Of a stretch of DNA of 64,000 bases, positions 49,149 to 58,734 are shown one piece after another. The notes beneath the pieces were generated by a model, which was not told the origin of the DNA, did not search any database, and saw only the letters and a list, made by a program, of their open reading frames with translations. Made by a program: the position numbers and the translations under genes. The first letter of the stretch is position 1. Each line of letters opens with the position of its first letter. The DNA is taken from positions 7,306-71,305 of the forward strand of contig BDSY01000037.1 of NCBI GenBank assembly GCA_002897895.1, in the 5' to 3' direction. The DNA comes from a bacterium BMS3Abin06. GTDB lineage: Bacteria > Nitrospirota > Thermodesulfovibrionia > UBA6902.

Positions 49149-49405
49149 GGGTTGAACGATCTCCGAGGTTCGATAGAGCGTATAAAAAACTGCCCTTAGA
49201 AGTAAGGGAGCGTTTCAAGGAAAAACTCAGGCTTCTTGCAGAGTCGAAATTTACTCATCCATCTCTAAGAGTCAAAAGGATAAAAGGCACAACTGCTATA
49301 TGGGAAGCAAGTATTGATATGAACCACAGGTTTACATTTGAGAAGATTACCGGTGGTATCCGGTTACGCGTAATCGGCCCGCATAAGGTAATTAATACGC
49401 CTTAA
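49145..49405 (+). CDS. RelE/ParE-family toxin-like protein
   Basis: 86 aa, with a pattern resembling RelE/ParE proteins. 4 bp overlap with the antitoxin. Confidence 0.45.
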   Translation: MRVERSPRFDRAYKKLPLEVRERFKEKLRLLAESKFTHPSLRVKRIKGTTAIWEASIDMNHRFTFEKITGGIRLRVIGPHKVINTP

Positions 49406-49435
49406 GTATTTAGCCATTGATCTGCTGTTAATGTA

Positions 49436-50311
49436 TCACGGAATTACTTTATTCAGCTGATATTCGATAATCCCTTCTGCGCCGACAGATTTAAGCCTGG
49501 GGATAATGTCCCGGACAGTCCTCTCATCAATTACAACCTCAAGTGCAAACCATCCCGTGTCTGAAAGCTGTGAGATAGTGGGCGAGTGCAGGGAAGAAAG
49601 CAGTGTCATTACCCTCTTGAGCGATTTTTCGGGAACGTTCATTTTCAGGCCGACTTTTTCTTCTGCTGCAAGCGCTCCCCGCAGAAGGAGCACTATATTT
49701 TCCATCTTCTGTCTTTTCCATTTATCCTTCCATGATTTTTTATTTGCAATAAATCTCGTGCTTGATTCAAGTATGGTTTCAATTATTCTCAGATTATTCG
49801 CCTTTAAAGACGACCCTGTTTCCGTCAACTCAACAATTGCATCGGCAAGATAAGGGGGCTTTACCTCTGTTGCTCCCCAGGAAAAATCGACCTCAGACTT
49901 AATGCCTTTTGATTTGAGATATTTCTTTGTAAATCCGACAAGCTCTGTGGCTATACGCTTCCCCTGTAAATCCTTTACGTGTTTTATCTTTGAATCATTT
50001 GGAACAGCGATCACCCATTTTACCGGCCTCAGCCCGCCCTTTGCATAATTAAGCTCAGCAACTTCACGCACATCCGCTCCCTGTTCAAGTATCCAGTCTT
50101 TACCCGTCAATCCGGCATCAAGCACTCCGTCATCAACATATTTCGCCATCTCCTGGGCCCTGATTAACATGGCCTGTATTTCAACATCATCAAAGTCAGG
50201 ATAGTACGACCGGGATCCGACAGTGACATTGTATCCGGCTTTTTTAAATAACTTCAGCGTTGACTCCTGCAGGCTCCCTTTGGGAAGCCCGAGCCTTAAA
50301 ACTTTCTTCAT
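49436..50311 (-). CDS. hisG: ATP phosphoribosyltransferase (long form)
   Basis: [28 protein letters not shown]-terminus. 291 aa with a C-terminal regulatory domain. Confidence 0.8.
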   Translation of the reverse strand: MKKVLRLGLPKGSLQESTLKLFKKAGYNVTVGSRSYYPDFDDVEIQAMLIRAQEMAKYVDDGVLDAGLTGKDWILEQGADVREVAELNYAKGGLRPVKWVIAVPNDSKIKHVKDLQGKRIATELVGFTKKYLKSKGIKSEVDFSWGATEVKPPYLADAIVELTETGSSLKANNLRIIETILESSTRFIANKKSWKDKWKRQKMENIVLLLRGALAAEEKVGLKMNVPEKSLKRVMTLLSSLHSPTISQLSDTGWFALEVVIDERTVRDIIPRLKSVGAEGIIEYQLNKVIP

Positions 50312-50459
50312 TCCTTAACTTTTTCTCCTTTTATATTTAGCTCGATTTGAGTCATTATAATACAAACAGGCCGGTAATTATTCAAATATCGTAACTAGCA
50401 GAAAGTTTCAGCAAAACCTTTACAATAAGCATATAAAGTGTTAAAGTCACCTAAAACAT

Positions 50460-51611
50460 ATGGAGGTGGCGATGGCAAGAAAAACAAAACGCGCAAAATT
50501 GAATTTAACCGAAAACGAACACAACAAACTTGAACTATTAAGCAACTCACGTACAGCCCCATTAAGGGAAATACAAAGAGCTCGGATATTGCTGCACTAT
50601 GCCGATGAGTTGCCGATCATCGAAATACAGAAAATGGTTAATATAAGCCGGCCAAGCATCTACAAATGCATTGATAAGGCATTGGCTGCCGGTACTGAAG
50701 CTGGTTTGAAAGATTATTATCACAGACCATTTGATCCAGTCATTACAGATGAAGCAAGAGCTTGGGTTATCAACCTTGCATGTACGAAGCCAAAAGATCA
50801 TGGAATGGCTGCCGAGCTTTGGACCCACAATGAACTTGCCAAATATACACGTAAACATGCCCCGGAGCAAGGGCATGAATGCTTGTCCAGAGCAGCGAAA
50901 GCAACTATCTGGAGAATATTATCTGCTAACGCCGTGCGACCTCACAAGATTAAATATTATCTTGAGAGAAGAGATCCTGATTTTAAACAAAAGATGCAGG
51001 AAGTCCTCATGGTCTACCAGGAAGTCAACATTCAAAACGAACAAAATATAGCTAACGGTGAGCATCCAATGTTTATCACCGTTTCAGTCGATGAAAAACC
51101 TGGCGTACAGGCCATTAAAAATATTGCTCCCGACTTACCACCCAAGCCAGGGGTACACAAAACAGTGAGCAGGGACTATGAATACAAGCGACTTGGCACT
51201 GTTTCGATACTTGCCGCCCTGGACTTGCACAATGGTAATATCTTAGCACAGGTACACGACCGGCACCGCAGCAGAGAATTTATTTCGCTACTGAAAGAAC
51301 TTGATGAATATTATCCACCTGAGAGCACAATTCGCATTGTGCTTGACAATCATTCGTCTCATATTTCAAAAGAAACAATGAAGTATCTTGAGTCGCGACC
51401 AAGTAGATTTATCTATGTGCATACGCCTAAACATGGGTCATGGTTGAATTTGGTTGAATCTGTATTTTCTAAGATGGCTCGAACATTTTTAAGGCATATA
51501 AGAGTCAACTCAAAAGACGAACTTAAAGATCGTATTCTTCAGGGCATCAATGAAATCAACTCTTCCCCTGTAGTTCATAGGTGGGAAAAGTTCGATCTTG
51601 CTGTTGTTTAA
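50460..51611 (+). mobile_element. IS630-family transposase (DDE_3)
   Basis: N-terminal HTH, and a DDE_3 core (VSVDEKPGVQA...IVLDNHSSH...LNLVESVFSKM). Confidence 0.8.
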
Positions 51612-51622
51612 ATGTAAGCATT

Positions 51623-52087
51623 TTAATGAATCGAAATAGTAGATTTAAAATGCGATTCATAATGATCTAACCCTTGCCATTCGTCAATGCTACTAATACC
51701 ACCGTGTACCAGTTCTGATCTTAAATCGAATAATTTACCTATCTTCCTTCTTATCTCTATATCCTCCAAACGCATTCCCCCTGCCAGTATGTTATAGGCT
51801 ATATTCAATACATGATCCGATTCATGATACGGTATATGTACTTTTAATAACTTCAGATTTGCATCAATCTCTTTTATCAATCCTGTCTTTTTTGCCATCT
51901 GGTGAAACACTCCTATTCCCCCGCAATTAATTGCCTTATTCTTCTCGCTCATCTCGTAATGTATGTTGCTCCCCTTCATTATCGGCTCCGATTGATTCTC
52001 CCATTGCTTCCTTCTCAATCGACGCTCTATTCTCTGTTTACGATTCCTGATTATTTTGCTATACTTACGTTTAATTATTCGGCTCAC
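51623..52087 (-). pseudogene. 5' fragment of an IS1380-family transposase, truncated by the IS630 insertion
   Basis: N-terminal 154 aa with the IS1380-type layout (NCGGIGVFHQMAKKTGLIKEIDANL...), cf. ISEcp1 NAGLFLLLENAKSNGIFDFIEN. It ends 12 bp from the IS630 ORF. Confidence 0.45.
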
Positions 52088-52255
52088 TTGAAATGCCCCT
52101 TTCTTTGGTTAGTCTGTTTTTTCGTGCTTCTATTTTAACCGATAGATTCGGGCATTTCTACTCTTTTCTGTTATTTTACTTAGTAAATCACGCTTGCTTA
52201 AGGACTAAAAGTAGCTGCCTCGACTCAAAATCAGGCTTTTAGCTGCGGACTCCGG

Positions 52256-52615
52256 TTGTTTGAATGCATGAATCTACGTATACATAATTTTAATTTTGAT
52301 AATTCTGTTTTAACTGTACATGACGGCAAAGGGAAAAAAGACAGGACAGTTCCTCTGCCGGAAAAGATAATCCCGGAATTAAAAGCCCATCTTGAACGTG
52401 TTATAAATTTACATCAGAAAGACCTGGACGCGGGTTATACCGGAGCTTTTATGTTTGGTTTATTGGAGAAGAAATATAAAAATTGCGCAAAAGAGTTAAT
52501 CTGGCAGTGGTATTTTCCGGCAAAACAATTAACTTTAGTTCCTGGAACAAAGGAAATCAGAAGATACCATTTTCACGAAGCTCAGGTGCAAAGGGCGATT
52601 AAAATTGCGGAATGA
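52256..52615 (+). pseudogene. intI: internal fragment of an integron integrase (IntI)
   Basis: LTVHDGKGKKDRTVPLPEKI matches IntI1 IVREGKGSKDRALMLPESL. FMFGLLEKKYKNCAKELIWQWYFPAK...RRYHFHEAQVQRAIKIA matches the IntI-specific insertion ([24 protein letters not shown]...RRHHMYDQTFQRAFKRA). It lacks the N-terminal domain and the C-terminal RHY catalytic region. Confidence 0.6.
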
Positions 52616-52624
52616 CGGAAAGAT

Positions 52625-53104
52625 TTAACTTGCAAAAGCAGTGTTGCCCTCTGAAACAACGACTAACGGACACTTCAGGTTTTTCCATGCATTTGCTATG
52701 ATTTTATCCGCCTTCTTATTATGAATATCAACGCCTTCTGAAACCTCTGCAACAACAAAAAGTATATCACCTTTTGCGTCGGTATAATTACGTATCTCTT
52801 GTTCCAGAGAGCCGCTTTTTTGAATAATTCCGTAATCTATCCCTTCCTTTCTGAGTTGTGATCTGAATTCCTTAAGCAGCCCTGCTGCAATTTCAGAGAC
52901 ATAAAGGATCTCCATGCCTGCGCCTATGCGTTTACATGTATTCAGCGCATACCTGAAGGCATTCCTGTCTCCTTCCCCGCCTCTCAGGGCAAGTAGTATA
53001 GTACGCTCTTCCTTTAAGCTTTCTTTTGCTGTTTCAAACTCTCCTGCCTCTGCAAATGCAACGGCAGCCATTGCGTTTTCAAATTTCCTGAGCCATCTTT
53101 TCAT
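52625..53104 (-). CDS. USP-like domain protein with N-terminal AFAEAGEFETA motif
   Basis: C-terminal DILFVVAEV...CPLVVV resembles universal stress proteins. The N-terminal motif is shared with the next gene. Confidence 0.4.
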   Translation of the reverse strand: MKRWLRKFENAMAAVAFAEAGEFETAKESLKEERTILLALRGGEGDRNAFRYALNTCKRIGAGMEILYVSEIAAGLLKEFRSQLRKEGIDYGIIQKSGSLEQEIRNYTDAKGDILFVVAEVSEGVDIHNKKADKIIANAWKNLKCPLVVVSEGNTAFAS

Positions 53105-53242
53105 TATTTGTCACCTCTCTCATTTCTCATCAGTTGCATAAAATCAAACACTACCTGCAGCTTATGCAACATTCAAATTTTTGCAGCGGCAGGGTCTGTT
53201 CCAATTCGCCCCGCCTGCAAAAATTTATTGCCGCCTGAGGTT

Positions 53243-53524
53243 TTACCTCTTAATGCCCGGAGCCCGTAACTGCTTCCTGGTTCCCGGTGTAGTACGGTCC
53301 CTCTTTTGAGGCCTTTTTTCCTGCCTCATGATATCCCTTGCGGTCTCATGTTCACCGGCTTCCGCAAATGTAACAGCCGTCATTACTCTTTCGAACCAGT
53401 TGAGGCGCTCTCTCCTTTCAGGCCTGATTTCTCCTGCAATCTGTCTTGCAGTCTCAAACTCTCCTGCCTCTGCAAATGCTGCGGCAGCATAAACATCTTC
53501 CAGTTTTTTCATTCCCTTTTTCAT
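53243..53524 (-). CDS. small protein with 2x AFAEAGE(F/H)ETA repeat
   Basis: YAAAAFAEAGEFETARQIAGE and MTAVTFAEAGEHETARDIMRQ. The DNA repeat ctcctgcctctgcaaatgc is shared with 52625..53104. Confidence 0.3.
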   Translation of the reverse strand: MKKGMKKLEDVYAAAAFAEAGEFETARQIAGEIRPERRERLNWFERVMTAVTFAEAGEHETARDIMRQEKRPQKRDRTTPGTRKQLRAPGIKR

Positions 53525-54011
53525 GATTCTTTCCTCCTTTATTATTATTGATTTATTCTCTCTTTATACTCTTTTACTATCAATTTCCATGCCAGCTCAT
53601 CTAAAGTAAGATAACTTGCTGTATTTACAATAAAAAAATGATTTATATTGCGCCAGCCTATTTTTTGCAATATGTTGCTATTCGCAACGGCATATATGCC
53701 GGGAGGGAAAAAATCAAATCAGATGAAGGGTTCCGGCGATGTAACATTAATAAATGCAATTGATTCAATATGCAACAGGCATACTGAAAAAGGTAAAATA
53801 AAATGGTACGGCTAAACTCTTACAAAAAAAAATCAGTCCTTTGTGTAAAATAAGTTTACCGGGGAAATTCAGTTAACCGTAAGAGTCTTCCTGTTATCAA
53901 CCCGAACGAAGAGGGATGCTATAAGTCAAAAGATTTCTCACTTCACTCGAAATAACAGAATCTCAGGGTGTTTGCGAATTCGTCAATATTAAAAAAAGCG
54001 GGATATAAGGT

Positions 54012-56015
54012 TTGGGCATATTCAGAAAATCAGAAGAAGACATTCAAGCCGCCACAGTAGAAGAGTTGCAGGAGATGATTGACTCGGCCAACCTGCCCTC
54101 CCGTGCCCGTCAAGTCGCAGATAAAGAACTCGCTATGTTATCGAAGATAAGTCCAAGTACTGCCGAATATACAATAGGACTTACCTATATTGATTATCTT
54201 CTCGGACTGCCGTGGAATAAAAAAACAAAAGACAACCTCGATCTTCAGATGGCCGGGAAAATACTTGACGAGAGACACTATGGCCTGCAGCAGATCAAGG
54301 AGAGAATACTGGAACACCTGGCTGTAAAGATACTGGTGAATCACAAAAAGCCGCGCATACTGGTGGTAGATGATGAAAAGATTGCCCTCGAAAACCTGGA
54401 GCCTGTCCTGAAAAAAGAAGGATATGCGGTCTCTACTGCAGACAGCGGCGCAGGGGCTTTAAGAAAAATAGATACAAATGATTTCGATGTGGTTATAACA
54501 GACCTTAAGATGAAAGGGATTAACGGGATTGATGTGCTCGAAAAGGCCAGGAGCAAATGCCCTGATACACAGGTGATTATGTTTACGGGTTATGCCACGA
54601 TAGACTCTGCTGTAGAGGCGATAAAAAAAGGGGCATTCAATTATATTACAAAGCCCCTTAAACTTGACAATGTGCGGGCCGTGGTCAAAGAAGCCCTTGA
54701 GAAAAAATATTACAGGAGGGCATCAGGGGGGTCTCTCCTCTGCTTTGCAGGGCCTCCCGGAACGGGCAAGACTTCTCTGGGCAGGGCGGTTGCAGATGCG
54801 CTTGGAAGAAAATTTGCGAGGATATCACTCGGCGGCATAAAGGATGAGGCGGAAATTATGGGGCACAGGAGGACATATGCCGGGGCAATGCCGGGGCGGA
54901 TCATAGATGAAATCTATCGCAGCGGAGTTTCAAATCCCCTTCTTATGCTGGATGAGCTGGATAAGATACCCCAGGATTTTAAAGGCGATCCTTCATCGGC
55001 TTTGCTGGAAGCGCTTGATCCTGAGCAGAATCATGAATTCATCGACCATTACATAGATATGCCTTTTGATCTCTCCGGTGTGATGTTTATAGCAACCGCA
55101 AATATTGCCGACAATATCCAGGATGCCCTCAGAGACAGGCTGGAGGTCATTGAGTTTTCAGGATATACGGAGGATGAAAAAAAAGAGATTGCATTGCGCT
55201 ATCTTGTGCCAAAGCAAATTAATGAAAAGGGCTTATCGGACAGTCCCCCTGAATTCAGTGCTAAGGCTGTAACTAAAATTATCCAGGAACATACACGGGA
55301 GGCCGGTATAAGGAATCTTGAAAGGCAGATCGCCGCTGTCTGCCGGAAGATAGCCAGCGGTTACGTACACAATGAAGAAACAGATAAGACTATCAGGGTG
55401 ACACCGGAGCTGATTGAAAGGTATCTCGGTCCGAGAAAGTATTATTTTGAAGTTGCTGATGAAAAAAACCGCATCGGGGTTACAACGGGACTTGTATGGA
55501 CAGAGACGGGAGGCGCTATTATTTTTGTAGAGGCAGCGAAAATGAAAGGAAGCGGGGAACTCATTCTGACCGGGTCACTCGGTGATGTAATGCGCGAATC
55601 CGCACAGGCGGCCCTGAGCTATATAAGGAGCAATGCGGCATCCCTGAATATAGCCGAAGATTTCTTTGAAACACAGGATATTCATGTCCATGTTCCTGCA
55701 GGAGCCATACCAAAAGACGGCCCCTCTGCAGGGACGACAATCGCCATAGCGCTTATTTCACTCCTGACCGGCAGGCCTGCAAAAAGAGAAGTGGCAATAT
55801 CAGGTGAAATGACCTTGAGTGGAAGAATTCTTCCTGTCGGGGGGATTAAAGAAAAATTACTTGCTGCGCGTCAGGCCGGCGTAAAAGTAATAGTTATGCC
55901 GATTAAAAATAAGGTCGACCTAGAGAGCCTTCCCCGGGATGTCAAAACAGGACTGGAAGTTATTCATGTGGATAATGTAGATGAAATTATTGACCTGGTA
56001 TTAATGAAACAATAG
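54012..56015 (+). CDS. lon: Lon-family ATP-dependent protease with embedded response-regulator receiver (REC) domain
   Basis: A short Lon N-terminal fragment ending HYGLQQIKERILEHLAV is followed by a REC domain of about 125 aa (ILVVDDE...VITDLKMKG...MFTGYA...ITKPLK). Then a Lon AAA+ module (GPPGTGKTSLG) and a protease domain (PKDGPSAGTT, Ser-Lys dyad). Confidence 0.8.
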   Translation: MGIFRKSEEDIQAATVEELQEMIDSANLPSRARQVADKELAMLSKISPSTAEYTIGLTYIDYLLGLPWNKKTKDNLDLQMAGKILDERHYGLQQIKERILEHLAVKILVNHKKPRILVVDDEKIALENLEPVLKKEGYAVSTADSGAGALRKIDTNDFDVVITDLKMKGINGIDVLEKARSKCPDTQVIMFTGYATIDSAVEAIKKGAFNYITKPLKLDNVRAVVKEALEKKYYRRASGGSLLCFAGPPGTGKTSLGRAVADALGRKFARISLGGIKDEAEIMGHRRTYAGAMPGRIIDEIYRSGVSNPLLMLDELDKIPQDFKGDPSSALLEALDPEQNHEFIDHYIDMPFDLSGVMFIATANIADNIQDALRDRLEVIEFSGYTEDEKKEIALRYLVPKQINEKGLSDSPPEFSAKAVTKIIQEHTREAGIRNLERQIAAVCRKIASGYVHNEETDKTIRVTPELIERYLGPRKYYFEVADEKNRIGVTTGLVWTETGGAIIFVEAAKMKGSGELILTGSLGDVMRESAQAALSYIRSNAASLNIAEDFFETQDIHVHVPAGAIPKDGPSAGTTIAIALISLLTGRPAKREVAISGEMTLSGRILPVGGIKEKLLAARQAGVKVIVMPIKNKVDLESLPRDVKTGLEVIHVDNVDEIIDLVLMKQ

Positions 56016-56060
56016 GCCGCAATATTGCATACATAGTGCAACTGCAATATATTGTTCAAA

Positions 56061-56090
56061 AAAAACCCTTTGATATCAAAGGGTTTTTTT
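56061..56090 (+). terminator. rho-independent terminator after lon
   Basis: AACCCTTTGATATCAAAGGGTT hairpin followed by T7. Confidence 0.7.
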
Positions 56091-56211
56091 AATGATTGTT
56101 GCATATTAATCGTTGAAAGTTGCATTTTGCAATGATTATTGGTAAACTTTAATATATCAACCCGCCGGGATGGCAAAATTGTTTACAAAAACAAATTAAA
56201 GGATAAATGCA

Positions 56212-57564
56212 ATGGGGAGATTACTGATTGTAGACGACGAAGAACTTACCCTGGAAAACCTGGAATATGCGATGAAAAAAGAGGGGTATGAAGTTGTCTG
56301 CGCAAACAACGGCTCAATAGCCCTCAAAAAATTAGAAAAACAGGAATTTGATGTTGTAATGACGGATTTGCGCATGGACAAGGTAGACGGCATACAGGTG
56401 CTTACAAGATGCCGCTCACTCTATCCTGACTCAGAGGTAATCATGATTACGGCCTATGCCTCGCTGCCCTCAGCTATTGAGACAATGAAAAAAGGCGCCT
56501 ATTACTATATAGCAAAACCCTTCAAGCTCGATGAAGTAAGAAAGGTCGTGAAGGAGGCATTTGAGAAGGTAAAGCTGAAAAGAGAAAATGCACAGTTGAG
56601 GGAGCAGTTGGAAAGCTTTAAAGGAAAAGTGAAAATCATAAGCCAGGATCCGAAAATGGAGAGTCTGCTCAGCACTGCCCGGCAAATAGGACCAACTGAC
56701 TGTAATGTCATTCTCAGCGGAGAAAGCGGAACCGGCAAGGAGTTGTTTGCCCGGTATATCCACGCATACAGTAAAAGGGCTGATAAACCTTTCTTTGCAA
56801 TTAACTGCGGCGCCTTTGCGGAGAGTATTCTGACAAGCGAGCTTTTCGGACATGAAAAGGGGGCCTTTACCGGGGCATCGGGAATGAAGCAGGGCTTGAT
56901 TGAAATGGCTTCAGGGGGAACCCTTTTTTTAGATGAAATAACTGAAATGGAGCCGTCAATGCAGGTAAAGCTCCTGAGAGTTATCCAGGAAAAAGAGGTG
57001 TTAAGGCTGGGCGCCACAAAGCCGGTGAAAATTGATGTCAGATTTATTGCAGCAACAAACCGTGACATTAAAGAGTCAATCAAGACCGGCCGGTTCAGGG
57101 AGGATCTCTTTTTCAGATTAAACGTTGTCGCCTTTTATATCCCCCCCCTTGCTGAACGCAGGGATGATATACCGCTGCTGAGCTATTACTTCCTGAAAAA
57201 ATTTTCAACCCTCATGGGCAAGGATGTCACAGAGATTAAAGAGGATGTTATGCCGATCCTTATGAGCTATGATTTCCCCGGCAATGTACGGGAGCTGGAA
57301 AATGTGATTGAAAGAGGTGTTGCGCTTGCCAATGGAAATGCAATTGAAATTTTTCACCTCCCTGAAGACCTTAGAGACCTGAGCATTAAAACCTTCAGAA
57401 AAAAGGGGGGCAGAATCCCGTCTCTTGAAGATCAGGAGCTGGCTTATATTCAATGGGTGCTGGAGCAAGTCGGCGGCAACAAGACACTGGCTGCCGAAAC
57501 TCTCGGAATAGACAGGGTATCACTCTGGAGAAAACTGAAAAAATACGAACTGGAAAAAACGTAA
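56212..57564 (+). CDS. sigma-54-dependent response regulator (NtrC family: REC + AAA + Fis-HTH)
   Basis: REC LLIVDDE...VMTDLRM. Sigma-54 activator motifs GESGTGKE and GAFTGA. C-terminal HTH. Confidence 0.85.
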   Translation: MGRLLIVDDEELTLENLEYAMKKEGYEVVCANNGSIALKKLEKQEFDVVMTDLRMDKVDGIQVLTRCRSLYPDSEVIMITAYASLPSAIETMKKGAYYYIAKPFKLDEVRKVVKEAFEKVKLKRENAQLREQLESFKGKVKIISQDPKMESLLSTARQIGPTDCNVILSGESGTGKELFARYIHAYSKRADKPFFAINCGAFAESILTSELFGHEKGAFTGASGMKQGLIEMASGGTLFLDEITEMEPSMQVKLLRVIQEKEVLRLGATKPVKIDVRFIAATNRDIKESIKTGRFREDLFFRLNVVAFYIPPLAERRDDIPLLSYYFLKKFSTLMGKDVTEIKEDVMPILMSYDFPGNVRELENVIERGVALANGNAIEIFHLPEDLRDLSIKTFRKKGGRIPSLEDQELAYIQWVLEQVGGNKTLAAETLGIDRVSLWRKLKKYELEKT

Positions 57565-57721
57565 ATATTTTGTAATAGTTCAGCCATCAGCTATCGCTAA
57601 AATAATATTATCGGGGAAAAAACAGTAAGGTTTCAGAATCATCTATGCTTATAGCCACTTTGGGGCGCTGATTATTTATTTTAAAGCTGAGAGCTGACCG
57701 CTGATGGCTGATAGCTAACTA

Positions 57722-58057
57722 TTAACATACCGGAACCTTTTGAATGTCCATATAGTTGAGTATCCCTTCAGGATCGCATTTTATACACATATCAATTCCC
57801 TGAATTATTTGCTTGTCCTGACAAAGCAGATAGGCTCTCTTGAGTTCATTATCAGTAATTCTTTCTATTACTAATTTTTTGTTTCTGATATAAACTGTTC
57901 CACAGCCCATGCAAATCCATATAAAATTATGTTTTGCAGCTTCCAGGCAATTATCACAAACATAAACTTTGACGCCGGGTATGACCTCGGTATGAATAGA
58001 TGTATATTCATGCTTGCATACATTGCATTTCTGAAGTTTGTTATCAAAATCCAACAA
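57722..58057 (-). CDS. Cys-rich zinc-ribbon protein, hypothetical
   Basis: CNVCKH...CDNC...CMGCG...CIKC pairs. Confidence 0.35.
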   Translation of the reverse strand: MLDFDNKLQKCNVCKHEYTSIHTEVIPGVKVYVCDNCLEAAKHNFIWICMGCGTVYIRNKKLVIERITDNELKRAYLLCQDKQIIQGIDMCIKCDPEGILNYMDIQKVPVC

Positions 58058-58290
58058 TCTTTATACCTCTCTTTACTAATGGTTTAAAGGAATTTATTCC
58101 TTGTTTTTATTTTACTATAAAAAAGCTTTATAGCGCAATATATTGTATTTAAATTAATTGGAAGCGCTATATGAAGTATGCTGATGATAGGCCGTGGATC
58201 TGAAATAAAGAATTATATCCCCCTGATAAAAGGCCTGAAGAACCGGATTTATCCGACTGTTCCGGGGGCTTTTGTTAGCAAAAAGCGACA

Positions 58291-58377
58291 GGGAATGATA
58301 AAGGGAATGATAAAGGGAATGATAAAGGGAATGATAAAGGGAATGATAAAGGGAATGATAAAGGGAATGATAAAAGG
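58291..58377. repeat. perfect 12-mer tandem repeat (GGGAATGATAAA)x7
   Basis: Read directly from the sequence. It lies between convergent or unrelated ORFs. The overlapping ORFs (MIKG)n and (YHSL)n are translation artefacts. Confidence 0.9.
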
Positions 58378-58734
58378 AAGTTTGCAGTATTAAAACGAAA
58401 GAATGGATGCTGACCGGTTTAGGGGACATGGCTGAAGTTAAAGGTTGGGCTCTTAGCGTAGGCAGGGAAATAACCTTTTACTCAGTGGTCAGCATCCATT
58501 TTTTCGCATTATCTGGATAATGCGGTTTATGTCTGATGTTTAATTCTTCCTGATATTCTCCTTCGTCATAATGTGTATACTCTACATTGTACAAAAACTA
58601 TATTTATTTGTCAAAGTCCGTCTCGACTCACATAAGATTTATCCCGGGCTGAATCGCTGCCTCATTCAAAATCCATTTTTAGAATAGCAAATTTGCCTCT
58701 CAAAGTTCAAGCAAAGAAAGACAGATTGTAATGA

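Noticed and set aside
56200-56215. Search for a canonical sigma-54 -24/-12 promoter (TGGCAC-N5-TTGC) near the NtrC-type and nap genes
   Set aside because: No convincing match was seen by eye, so it is not reported as a feature.
58154-58429. ORFs translating as (YHSL)n and (MIKG)n
   Set aside because: They are produced by the perfect 12-mer tandem repeat. There is no codon-usage or start-site support.
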